From: Clostridia bacterium
GTDB lineage: Bacteria > Bacillota > Clostridia > UMGS1883
DNA length: 64,000 nucleotides
Assembly: GCA_045656865.1 (NCBI GenBank)
Contig: JAZOSB010000021.1
Span: forward strand, 1,140 to 65,139
Direction: 5' to 3'
The translations under genes were made by a program, and so were the position numbers. Of this stretch, positions 51,080 through 58,939 are shown one piece after another. A model generated the notes under the pieces. The model was not told where the DNA came from and did not search any database. It saw nothing but the letters and a program-made list of their open reading frames with translations. The number at the start of each line of letters is the position of its first letter. Positions within the stretch are counted from its first letter, which is position 1.

Positions 51080-51124
51080 AAAGGGCTGTAGCAAAATGAA
51101 ATTCATTTTGCTACAGCCCTTTTT
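51078..51124. terminator. Bidirectional terminator between araC and trpB
   Basis: Perfect 17-bp stem GGGCTGTAGCAAAATGA-AAT-TCATTTTGCTACAGCCC flanked by A5 and T5. Confidence 0.9.
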
Positions 51125-51141
51125 ACTACTTTTTTATTAAA

Positions 51142-52386
51142 TTATTTTACATCATAGTCAAGCTTGAACTTTTCTCCGCAACCGTAGTTTTCGTATACAT
51201 AATCAATATCCTTGTCACCGCGACCCGAAAGGCAAGCGAGGATTGAGCCTGACTTATGCTCCTTTGCATAGCGGATTGCATATGCAACTGCGTGCGCACT
51301 TTCAATTGCGGGAATGATACCCTCATATCTGGAAAGCAGGAAGAATGCTTCCATAGCTTCCTCGTCTGAAACAGTTTCGTAATGCACACGCCCTGCATCA
51401 CGGAGAAATGCGTGCTCAGGCCCTACGCCCGGGTAGTCAAGACCACTTGCTATAGAGTATACGGGAAGCGGCTCACCATTTTCATCCTGAAGAACATAGC
51501 TTGAATAACCGTGAATGATACCCTTTGTACCGTACGCCATTGTAGCCGCATGGTCACCGACACCTGCGCCTCTTCCGAGAGGTTCAACACCGTAAATTTC
51601 AACGGGGTCTGCAAGGAATGGTGTAAACATACCGAGTGAGTTACTTCCACCGCCTACACAAGCTGCAACCGCATCAGGCATAATACCTGTCATTTCAAGG
51701 AACTGCTCCCTTGCCTCAATACCAATAATTGACTGGAAATCCCTTACCATCTTGGGGAAAGGATGTGGACCTGCCGCTGTGCCTATACAGTAAATTGCAT
51801 CCTTGTATTCCTTAAGGTAAGCTTCAAATGCTGCGTCACAAGCCTCTTTAAGAGTTTTAAGACCCTTTGTCACGGGAACAACATTTGCACCAAGCATCTT
51901 CATTCTTATTACATTGGGGTGCTGCTTTGCAATGTCAACCTCGCCCATATAAACGTCACATTCCATACCGAAATATGCCGCTGCCGTTGCAATTGCAACA
52001 CCGTGTTGACCTGCACCTGTTTCTGCAATGATTTTCTTCTTTCCCATATATTTTGCAAGGAGTCCCTCCCCCATACAATGGTTAAGCTTGTGTGCACCCG
52101 TATGGTTAAGGTCTTCACGCTTTAAGTAAATCTGGCAGTTGCCGAAAATCTTGGAAAGGCGTTCACAATGGTAAACAGGAGTGGGTCTGCCCTGAAATTC
52201 CTTACGAATTCTGCGAAGCTCGTTTATAAACTGAGCACTGTGGCAGATTGCCTCGTAAGCATCATCAGCCTCCTTGAAAGCCTCGATAAGCTCCTGTGCC
52301 TGGTAAGAACCGCCGTATTCACCAAAATAGCCCTCTTCGTTGGGATATTCCTTAAGATAGTTTTCAAAATCCTTGTATCTGTTCAT
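51142..52386 (-). CDS. trpB: Tryptophan synthase beta chain (stand-alone)
   Basis: [12 protein letters not shown] (PLP Lys), [29 protein letters not shown] and LSGRGDKD motifs. Confidence 0.95.
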   Translation of the reverse strand: MNRYKDFENYLKEYPNEEGYFGEYGGSYQAQELIEAFKEADDAYEAICHSAQFINELRRIRKEFQGRPTPVYHCERLSKIFGNCQIYLKREDLNHTGAHKLNHCMGEGLLAKYMGKKKIIAETGAGQHGVAIATAAAYFGMECDVYMGEVDIAKQHPNVIRMKMLGANVVPVTKGLKTLKEACDAAFEAYLKEYKDAIYCIGTAAGPHPFPKMVRDFQSIIGIEAREQFLEMTGIMPDAVAACVGGGSNSLGMFTPFLADPVEIYGVEPLGRGAGVGDHAATMAYGTKGIIHGYSSYVLQDENGEPLPVYSIASGLDYPGVGPEHAFLRDAGRVHYETVSDEEAMEAFFLLSRYEGIIPAIESAHAVAYAIRYAKEHKSGSILACLSGRGDKDIDYVYENYGCGEKFKLDYDVK

Positions 52387-52421
52387 ATTTATTCTCCTTC
52401 AATAAGAATTCTTTACAATGG

Positions 52422-52648
52422 AAAACCCTTGAAATGCGGCGCACATCAAGGGTAAATAAGCATAGCATATATGGATTTAGTCCATTTGCGAGATACCATC
52501 ATACCCCCGACTTATAACGCAAGTCCTACGTCAGCGCATTTAACGCCGCCCTCGACAGCCCATATTACTCAGGCAGTTCTGCGGAACTCACACCGTAATC
52601 CGCTCGCTCTTAGAACTGTTGACTGACTTTTTTCTGTCTCAACGGTTT
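52422..52648 (-). ncRNA. Trp T-box leader (Stem I intact; antiterminator non-canonical)
   Basis: Stem I has a K-turn base, AGCGAG bulge, GGUGUGAG apical loop and specifier UGG at 52560-52562. Terminator ACCCUUGA...UCAAGGGUUUU lies at 52422-52453. Confidence 0.75.
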
Positions 52649-52665
52649 ATGTTTTGTTGAAAATA

Positions 52666-52694
52666 ATTATAGCACTACTAATATTATATGTCAA
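52666..52694 (-). promoter_or_regulatory. Sigma-A promoter of trpB
   Basis: Perfect TTGACA-17 bp-TATAAT with an extended -10 TG. Confidence 0.85.
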
Positions 52695-52704
52695 TAGTTT
52701 TGTG

Positions 52705-53133
52705 TTATTTCGTACGCACAAGAGTGTAACGGTCGCCGTCTTTAAATTCTGTGCTGTCAACACCTGTCAGCATTGCTTCACCGTCTTTTTCAAACGACCA
52801 GTAGCTTTTGTCCTTATCATAGTCTGCTTCTATGCCGTTTACTACCTTTATATAAATACCGTATGGTCCCTCTTCACCGTCGATAAGCTTGTGCTCCTTG
52901 AGTGCATCACCCACAACGGTTTTATCTGTTTTGATTGTAAAGTCAATTGACCTTTCCTCCGCCTTAACTGATACCGTAAGAGTATTTTCACCTGTGCCGA
53001 GAGTGGTGTTTCCCGTATATACGGCATTTTCCCATACTCCAGTATTGTCGGATGCTTTTTCTTCGGGCAGGCAGAATAATCCCACGCCAACTATAACGAG
53101 CAGAGATATAATAATTATACTTGTCTTTTTCAT
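52705..53133 (-). CDS. DUF4430-like (transcobalamin C-terminal-like) membrane-anchored protein
   Basis: N-terminal hydrophobic anchor, then G.YI..VNG.EA...YWSF..DG....GVD....DGD.Y pattern. Its ATG overlaps the ABC-F stop (ATGA). Confidence 0.7.
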   Translation of the reverse strand: MKKTSIIIISLLVIVGVGLFCLPEEKASDNTGVWENAVYTGNTTLGTGENTLTVSVKAEERSIDFTIKTDKTVVGDALKEHKLIDGEEGPYGIYIKVVNGIEADYDKDKSYWSFEKDGEAMLTGVDSTEFKDGDRYTLVRTK

Positions 53134-54683
53134 ACTATTTTCGTACTCCAATCCGATACATCCCAGATTTCATCAACAACACCCTGATAAAACTCACTTT
53201 CGTGGCATACAAGAAGAACTGTTCCCTTAAATTCCTTTATTGCACGGGCAAGCTCCTCCTTTGCCATAATATCAAGGTGGTTTGTAGGCTCGTCAAGTAC
53301 AAGAATATTTGCAGAATTCTGCATAATCTTGCAAAGACGCACCTTTGCGTTTTCACCGCCTGAAAGCACCTTCATCTGTGAAGTTATGTGTTCTGTCGTA
53401 AGTCCGCACTTAGCAAGTGCCGCACGTGCCTCTGCATTGGTGAGAGAGGGAAATTCATCCCAGAATTCCTGCAGGGCTGTTTTGTCGGAATTACTCTCCT
53501 CCTGCTCGAAATATCCCACACTTATAAACTGGTCGTGCTGAATGTCACCCTCAATCGGAGGGATAATTTTGAGCAAGGTCTTGAGGAGTGTGGATTTTCC
53601 AAGTCCGTTGACACCTTTTATAGCAATCTTTTTGTTTCTTTCAATTGTAATGTCAATTTTCTTCGTAAGGGGTGAATCATAGCCGATTACCATATCCTTT
53701 GCAGAAATCACAACTCTGCCAGGGGTACGGTCTGTTTTAAACGAGAATGTAGGCTTAACTTTCTCGGGAGCAAGGCTGATTCGTTCCATTTTTTCAAGCT
53801 CTTTCTGTCTTGAGCGTGCAAGCGTTGCTGTAGCTGCCCTTGCCTTGTTTCGTGCAACAAAATCTTCAAGGTCGGCTATCTTCTTCTGCTGTTTCTTGTA
53901 CGCCTGCTCTATCTGTTGCTTTTTAAGGTCGTACATTCTTAAAAAGTCGTCATATGTTCCTTTATAACGGGTCAGCACAGTATTTTCGAGGTGATATATA
54001 ACATTTGTTACCTTTGTTAAAAAGGGCATATCGTGAGACACAAGGATAAAAGCATTTTCATAATCCTGCAAAAATCCCGTCAACCAGTTGATATGGTTTT
54101 CATCAAGAAAGTTTGTAGGCTCGTCAAGAATGAGAATCATTGGATTTTCAAGAAGCACCTTTGCGAGAAGCACCTTTGCCCTCTGCCCTCCGCTAAGCTC
54201 CGTTACATCGCGGTCAAGTCCGATTTCTGTAAGTCCAAGTCCGTTGGCATATTCTGAAATTTTGGTATCAATGGTATAGTAGCCCGAGGAATCGAGAATT
54301 TCTTGCATTTCCCCAACATCTTCCATCATTGACTGAAGTTCGTTTTCATCGGCTTCTGCCATTTTGTCATAGATGGAAAGCATTTCTTTTTCAAGGTTAA
54401 AAAGATGTGAAAACGCATCACGAAGAACGTCACGGATGGTTTTTCCCTTGCCGAGGGTAGAATACTGGTCAAGGTATCCGTATGTAATGTGACGGCACCA
54501 CTCCACCTTGCCGTTTTCTGGCTGAAGCTCTCCAGTTATAATTTTGAGGAATGTCGATTTTCCCTCTCCGTTGGCACCAATTAACCCTATATGCTCACCC
54601 TTTAAAAGACGGAAGCTGGCATCCTCCAAAATCTGCCTGCCTCCAAAGGAATGTGTTATATTTTCTGCATTAAGTATACTCAT
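53130..54683 (-). CDS. ABC-F family ribosome-associated ATPase (YfmM-like size)
   Basis: Two NBDs (GANGEGKST/LSGGQR and GVNGLGKST/LSGGE) with a linker and no TM domains. Confidence 0.9.
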   Translation of the reverse strand: MSILNAENITHSFGGRQILEDASFRLLKGEHIGLIGANGEGKSTFLKIITGELQPENGKVEWCRHITYGYLDQYSTLGKGKTIRDVLRDAFSHLFNLEKEMLSIYDKMAEADENELQSMMEDVGEMQEILDSSGYYTIDTKISEYANGLGLTEIGLDRDVTELSGGQRAKVLLAKVLLENPMILILDEPTNFLDENHINWLTGFLQDYENAFILVSHDMPFLTKVTNVIYHLENTVLTRYKGTYDDFLRMYDLKKQQIEQAYKKQQKKIADLEDFVARNKARAATATLARSRQKELEKMERISLAPEKVKPTFSFKTDRTPGRVVISAKDMVIGYDSPLTKKIDITIERNKKIAIKGVNGLGKSTLLKTLLKIIPPIEGDIQHDQFISVGYFEQEESNSDKTALQEFWDEFPSLTNAEARAALAKCGLTTEHITSQMKVLSGGENAKVRLCKIMQNSANILVLDEPTNHLDIMAKEELARAIKEFKGTVLLVCHESEFYQGVVDEIWDVSDWSTKIV

Positions 54684-54720
54684 ATGTTTCACCTGTATAA
54701 TTTGCTTTATTTACAAGCAG

Positions 54721-56211
54721 TTATTGTAAGATTAGCTCTTTGTCTGTCAGCTTATTTTTCATAAAAGGCTCACATTTCTCCAATGGCATAGGTTTTGAAT
54801 AGTACCAACCCTGAATGTAATCACAATCAGATGACGATACAAGTGCATTTTGTTCTTCATTTTCTACACCTTCACAAATGACCTTGATATTCAAACTGTG
54901 TGCAAGCGCAATAATGCCTGAGAACAAGTCTTTACCTCTTTGAGAATCAGCTTTTAAGAGAATATCCCTGTCGATTTTAACAACATCAATCGGATAATCG
55001 CAAAGATTTGCAAGCGAGGTATATCCGCTGCCCAAATCATCAAGATAAATCATAAAACCAAGTTCTTTGCATCTTTTTACATTCTGGGTTGCAGTTTCTC
55101 TGTCCTTCTCTATTGCATCTTCCGTAATCTCAATAGCAAGCTGTGTTCTATTAAAATTATACCTGTTTGCAATCATTGTAAGGTTATCAATAAAGTTTTC
55201 CTCCGAAAGAGTTATTCTTGTAAAGTTACAGGAAATGGAAATGTCTTTATATTCTGTGCCGCTCCATTTTTCAAGCTGCCTACAGGCAAGCTCAAACATA
55301 TAAAAATCGTGCTTGCTTATAAGACCTGCATTTTCTATATTTTCAATATATTCTCCCGGTCCAATCAGGCCTTTTTCACGCCTGTCCCATCTTGAAAGGG
55401 CTTCACACGATACAATATTTTTTGTTTTGTTATCCACAACAAACTGAAGATACATCTTAAAATCGTTATTTTCAAACCCTTTTAATATGCTTTCAGTTAT
55501 TCTCTTTTCTTCCTGAACCATATTCATAGAATGGGTATTACAATAAACAATCTGTTCCTCTGTTCCGAAAATTCTGTTGCAATTTTTCCTCAGATTGAAT
55601 AAAAGTATTTCACAGTTTTTATCACTTGTTGTAAGGTGATAACTTGCCGCATGGAATACAAGCTTGTTATTTTTTTCTTTCATACCTTCAAAGTTATTAA
55701 GCTTGCCAACAACTTCTTCAAGCCTATTTTTTGCATCTTCCTCATTTGTTGACCGATATGCAAAAGCAAAACCGTTTTCAGTAATTCTCGCAGATATTTC
55801 CCTGTCGCCTGTATACTCTGATAAGACAGAGGTTGTGTATTTTAAAACCTCGTCAAAAGAACTGTTACCGTGGTAAGACCTCAGGTAGCTTATGTCTAAT
55901 ATGATATATGCTACGTAATACAGAGTTCTTGAAGCATCACCTATTGTGTACTTGAAATGGTATTTAAAAAACTGCAGATTTCCCATGCCTGTTTCGGCAT
56001 CTGTCATTTTGTCGACCTCATTTTCCTTTTGTATACGCCTGATACGAAGAAGCAATACTGCAATAGTAACCAACAGAAACAACAAAATCCCGCCAGGCAG
56101 CACATAACTTATTTTTATATTTTGCAATGCGCAAGAAGGGTAATTGTAAGCAAGGGCAGGCTCTACATAAAATGCAATCATTATCAATAACAATATCTTA
56201 ATTTTTTTCAT
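54721..56211 (-). CDS. c-di-GMP phosphodiesterase (degenerate GGDEF + EAL)
   Basis: D..TGMGN then a degenerate RITENGF at the GGDEF site. EAL domain motifs EAL, N, EITE, DDLGSGY, KID, EGVE and QGWY are present. Confidence 0.88.
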   Translation of the reverse strand: MKKIKILLLIMIAFYVEPALAYNYPSCALQNIKISYVLPGGILLFLLVTIAVLLLRIRRIQKENEVDKMTDAETGMGNLQFFKYHFKYTIGDASRTLYYVAYIILDISYLRSYHGNSSFDEVLKYTTSVLSEYTGDREISARITENGFAFAYRSTNEEDAKNRLEEVVGKLNNFEGMKEKNNKLVFHAASYHLTTSDKNCEILLFNLRKNCNRIFGTEEQIVYCNTHSMNMVQEEKRITESILKGFENNDFKMYLQFVVDNKTKNIVSCEALSRWDRREKGLIGPGEYIENIENAGLISKHDFYMFELACRQLEKWSGTEYKDISISCNFTRITLSEENFIDNLTMIANRYNFNRTQLAIEITEDAIEKDRETATQNVKRCKELGFMIYLDDLGSGYTSLANLCDYPIDVVKIDRDILLKADSQRGKDLFSGIIALAHSLNIKVICEGVENEEQNALVSSSDCDYIQGWYYSKPMPLEKCEPFMKNKLTDKELILQ

Positions 56212-56272
56212 TTTCTGTAAAACCTCCTTTCTCTCATCACAAAATTGTACTTTATTTCTTAGCTCATTTTAG

Positions 56273-56323
56273 AAAAAAGGCTGCAACAAAAGAAAGTCTT
56301 AAAAAGACTCTTATTATTGCAGC
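56273..56323 (-). terminator. Terminator of the c-di-GMP riboswitch expression platform
   Basis: GCUGCAAU...GUUGCAGC outer stem with an inner AGUCUU/AAGACU stem, followed by CUUUUUU. Confidence 0.8.
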
Positions 56324-56398
56324 TGGACTGGCATAGTATAAAACCTTAGCCTCTTTGCTTTGCGTCACCGGCTTTCACCGATTTTGCCAAATACTAAC
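56316..56398 (-). ncRNA. Cyclic di-GMP-I (GEMM) riboswitch
   Basis: GGCAAAAUCGGU-GAAA-GCCGGUGACGCAAAGC...GGCUAA...AUG.CAG.CCAGCUGC matches the class I consensus, including the GNRA tetraloop and its receptor. Confidence 0.93.
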
Positions 56399-56407
56399 TT
56401 ATGAATC

Positions 56408-56436
56408 ACTATAACACAATGAACTGTGTTTATCAA
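56408..56436 (-). promoter_or_regulatory. Promoter driving the c-di-GMP riboswitch leader
   Basis: TTGATA-17 bp-TATAGT with an extended -10 TG, immediately after the GGDEF gene stop. Confidence 0.7.
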
Positions 56437-56442
56437 ACGAAT

Positions 56443-58743
56443 TTAATCTTTAGCAAAAACCCAAAGTGTTTCTTTAACATCCTCTTTGTTATCACTTAAA
56501 TTATATACATGAAGTATTACAGACTCACCGTTGACTTTTTTGTATGTAATTGACGGTGTATTGCCTTCTGCTATTTGCCTTTTGATTGCATCATAATTCA
56601 AAAAGCTCATAAGTGCTCTGTGAAAATCGGGATGTACAATTTCATCAATATACTTTGTCAAAAGCTTTGAGAAGTTTTCCTCATGCTCTTTGTAACCAAG
56701 ATAAGACGGCATCAAAATTCTGTGAGCATTGTCAGTTTCCAGAGATACTCTGTAAATGCCATTGTAATGCTCTTTTAAGACTGAAATCATAGCGTCAATT
56801 TCTCTTATTCCGGTTTTAGTCTGGATATAATTATTATCCTCGTCCTTCGACACGTTGCTCTGCTCTTTGTTTTGGTAATACTGGGCTTTTGCCTCATACA
56901 TTCTAATTTCGGCTTCACGCACCATTTCTTCACAGTTTGTATTCTGACTTCTGTATGACAAGCCAATAGCAACATTATATCCCTTGGGCTTTAGTTGTTC
57001 TATAAATGTGCCAATATCCTCTTTTATCTGTTCCTGATTGGTGTTTTTGGCAAATACCAGAAACTCGTCCCCGCCCATGCGATAAATCCTATGTCCAAAG
57101 AACACTTCTTTCAAGGTGTTTGCAATATAGATAAGCATTTCATCGCCTGCAGCATGTCCGTACTTATTGTTTATGATGTGAAGTTCATTTAGATCTATAT
57201 AAATACAGGAAAATTCATCAGGCCTTTCTTCATCAATTATTAAAATATCCTTTTTATAAGATACACGGTTTAAAGCACCTGTAAGCGAGTCGGTTGTTGC
57301 GGCAAGTTCGGTTTTATTTAAATGCTTTTTGTTGTATATTGCAATTGAAAAACATACTGCTATATCTTCCAAAAGTACTCTCGCAACATAACTTCTATCA
57401 GGATTAATAACACCTAAAATGCTTACGTGGTTATTTTTATTTGTGATAATTGCAAAGGAAATTTCTCTAATCTTATGGTTGTTCAAAAATTTATAAAGTC
57501 TGAGATTTGTTTTTACCAGGTGATTATCAGGAACAATACGCATAATTCCTATAGTCGTCTTATTTACATTATGGAGATTCGCGGCATACCTGAAAAGTTC
57601 ACCGACAAAATATTTTTTCTCTTCTCCCGAAAGAATCCGGTTTTTAAACGCAGGTAAAATGTAATGGTAATCTTCCCCGTCTGTATCTGCAAAAAAAGCA
57701 GAACGGGATTGAGAAAATTCCTGTATATTTTTCAACGCCTCAAAAAGATTTACATGCTGTTGATTAATTTCCAAAAGAAGTTTCCTGATAGCGGAGGCTT
57801 TAGCAGTTACTTTGGACCTTTTCCTCTCACTCGTTAAAACAATCCACAAATAAGCTAATATAACGAGAATCATTGCAAAAAAGGATATAAATAAAAGTCT
57901 GGATATTGCGTGTGTTTCTGCAAACACCTGCGATTCAAATCGGGCAAGCATAATACCCCAGTTAAAATCTTCCAGGGTGGAGTAATGAACATATAAATCT
58001 TCATTGGAAAATTTTGACTTAAAAGAAGTATATCCCTTATCTGTTGTTATTAGCTGTTCATAAGAATATCCCTCACTGTACTTACGGTTTTTGAATTCAG
58101 ATAATTCGCCCGGAATTTTATCGATTGTATCTATGATAAACTTTCCGCTTTCTTTGTCATATACAAAAAGCTGAGCATCAAGCTCTTTTGCCATTGCGTT
58201 GTATTTTTCGTTGATGGTTTCAATCTTAATGATACCATATATCATACCGACGGTTTCCCCATTCACCAGAATGGGAACAGCACTACGGACTACCATTTCC
58301 CCGGGTTTTGAATAGCTATAGTTTCTGCCGGTAATATGTTCACCCTTTAAGGCTTCTTCTTCAAAGGAGAGTTTTCCGCTTAAATCAACGGTTTCGTCCT
58401 TTGTAACAAAGGTGCCGTCCGGCTTTAAAATGCCGATTCTTGAGAATAAGCCGATAGGTTTAAAGGAATCAAACATACGGCTGTAGCTTTCACCGTCAGC
58501 ATACAACTTAGCTGCGAAGTTTGCCATAGTAACAAGGTTTTCCCTGTCGGATTTTAGTTGCAGTGTAAGGTCATCCTTAATCTGCTTTGTCTGTATGTGA
58601 AGCATTTCATATGCTTCCTCCTCGGCTTCCCAATAAAGAGAGCCAACCATAGACAAAAATACCACACATATTAAAAACGCAGCTATAAGCGTGTATATAA
58701 TATTATTTTGTCTGTGTTTTTTCCGTCCGTATGTAGTTGCCAT
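56443..58743 (-). CDS. Membrane diguanylate cyclase (Cache-like sensor, intact GGDEF)
   Basis: Two TM helices flanking a Cache-like region, then TDSLTGALNR, IDLNELH.IN..YGHAAGD and RMGGDEF. Confidence 0.9.
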   Translation of the reverse strand: MATTYGRKKHRQNNIIYTLIAAFLICVVFLSMVGSLYWEAEEEAYEMLHIQTKQIKDDLTLQLKSDRENLVTMANFAAKLYADGESYSRMFDSFKPIGLFSRIGILKPDGTFVTKDETVDLSGKLSFEEEALKGEHITGRNYSYSKPGEMVVRSAVPILVNGETVGMIYGIIKIETINEKYNAMAKELDAQLFVYDKESGKFIIDTIDKIPGELSEFKNRKYSEGYSYEQLITTDKGYTSFKSKFSNEDLYVHYSTLEDFNWGIMLARFESQVFAETHAISRLLFISFFAMILVILAYLWIVLTSERKRSKVTAKASAIRKLLLEINQQHVNLFEALKNIQEFSQSRSAFFADTDGEDYHYILPAFKNRILSGEEKKYFVGELFRYAANLHNVNKTTIGIMRIVPDNHLVKTNLRLYKFLNNHKIREISFAIITNKNNHVSILGVINPDRSYVARVLLEDIAVCFSIAIYNKKHLNKTELAATTDSLTGALNRVSYKKDILIIDEERPDEFSCIYIDLNELHIINNKYGHAAGDEMLIYIANTLKEVFFGHRIYRMGGDEFLVFAKNTNQEQIKEDIGTFIEQLKPKGYNVAIGLSYRSQNTNCEEMVREAEIRMYEAKAQYYQNKEQSNVSKDEDNNYIQTKTGIREIDAMISVLKEHYNGIYRVSLETDNAHRILMPSYLGYKEHEENFSKLLTKYIDEIVHPDFHRALMSFLNYDAIKRQIAEGNTPSITYKKVNGESVILHVYNLSDNKEDVKETLWVFAKD

Positions 58744-58792
58744 CTATTCAAATCTTCTTTCATAAATATATTCAAAATACAACATTTCCTAT

Positions 58793-58821
58793 ATTATACT
58801 ACTATTCTCCAAATATATCAA
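58793..58821 (-). promoter_or_regulatory. Sigma-A promoter of the diguanylate cyclase gene
   Basis: TTGATA-17 bp-TATAAT. Confidence 0.7.
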
Positions 58822-58885
58822 GTAGTATTTCAGTTTACTTTTTTATTTTCATGCAAGACAAAATATCAAATCCGTATTTTCTGTT

Positions 58886-58926
58886 GAAAAAATGACAATT
58901 TCTTTTTGAGAAATTGTCATTTTTTC
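58886..58926 (-). terminator. Terminator after ileS; near-identical to the hairpin at 12281-12322
   Basis: Perfect 18-bp stem GAAAAAATGACAATTTCT-TTTTG-AGAAATTGTCATTTTTTC. Confidence 0.88.
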
Positions 58927-58939
58927 GTTACTTTAATTA

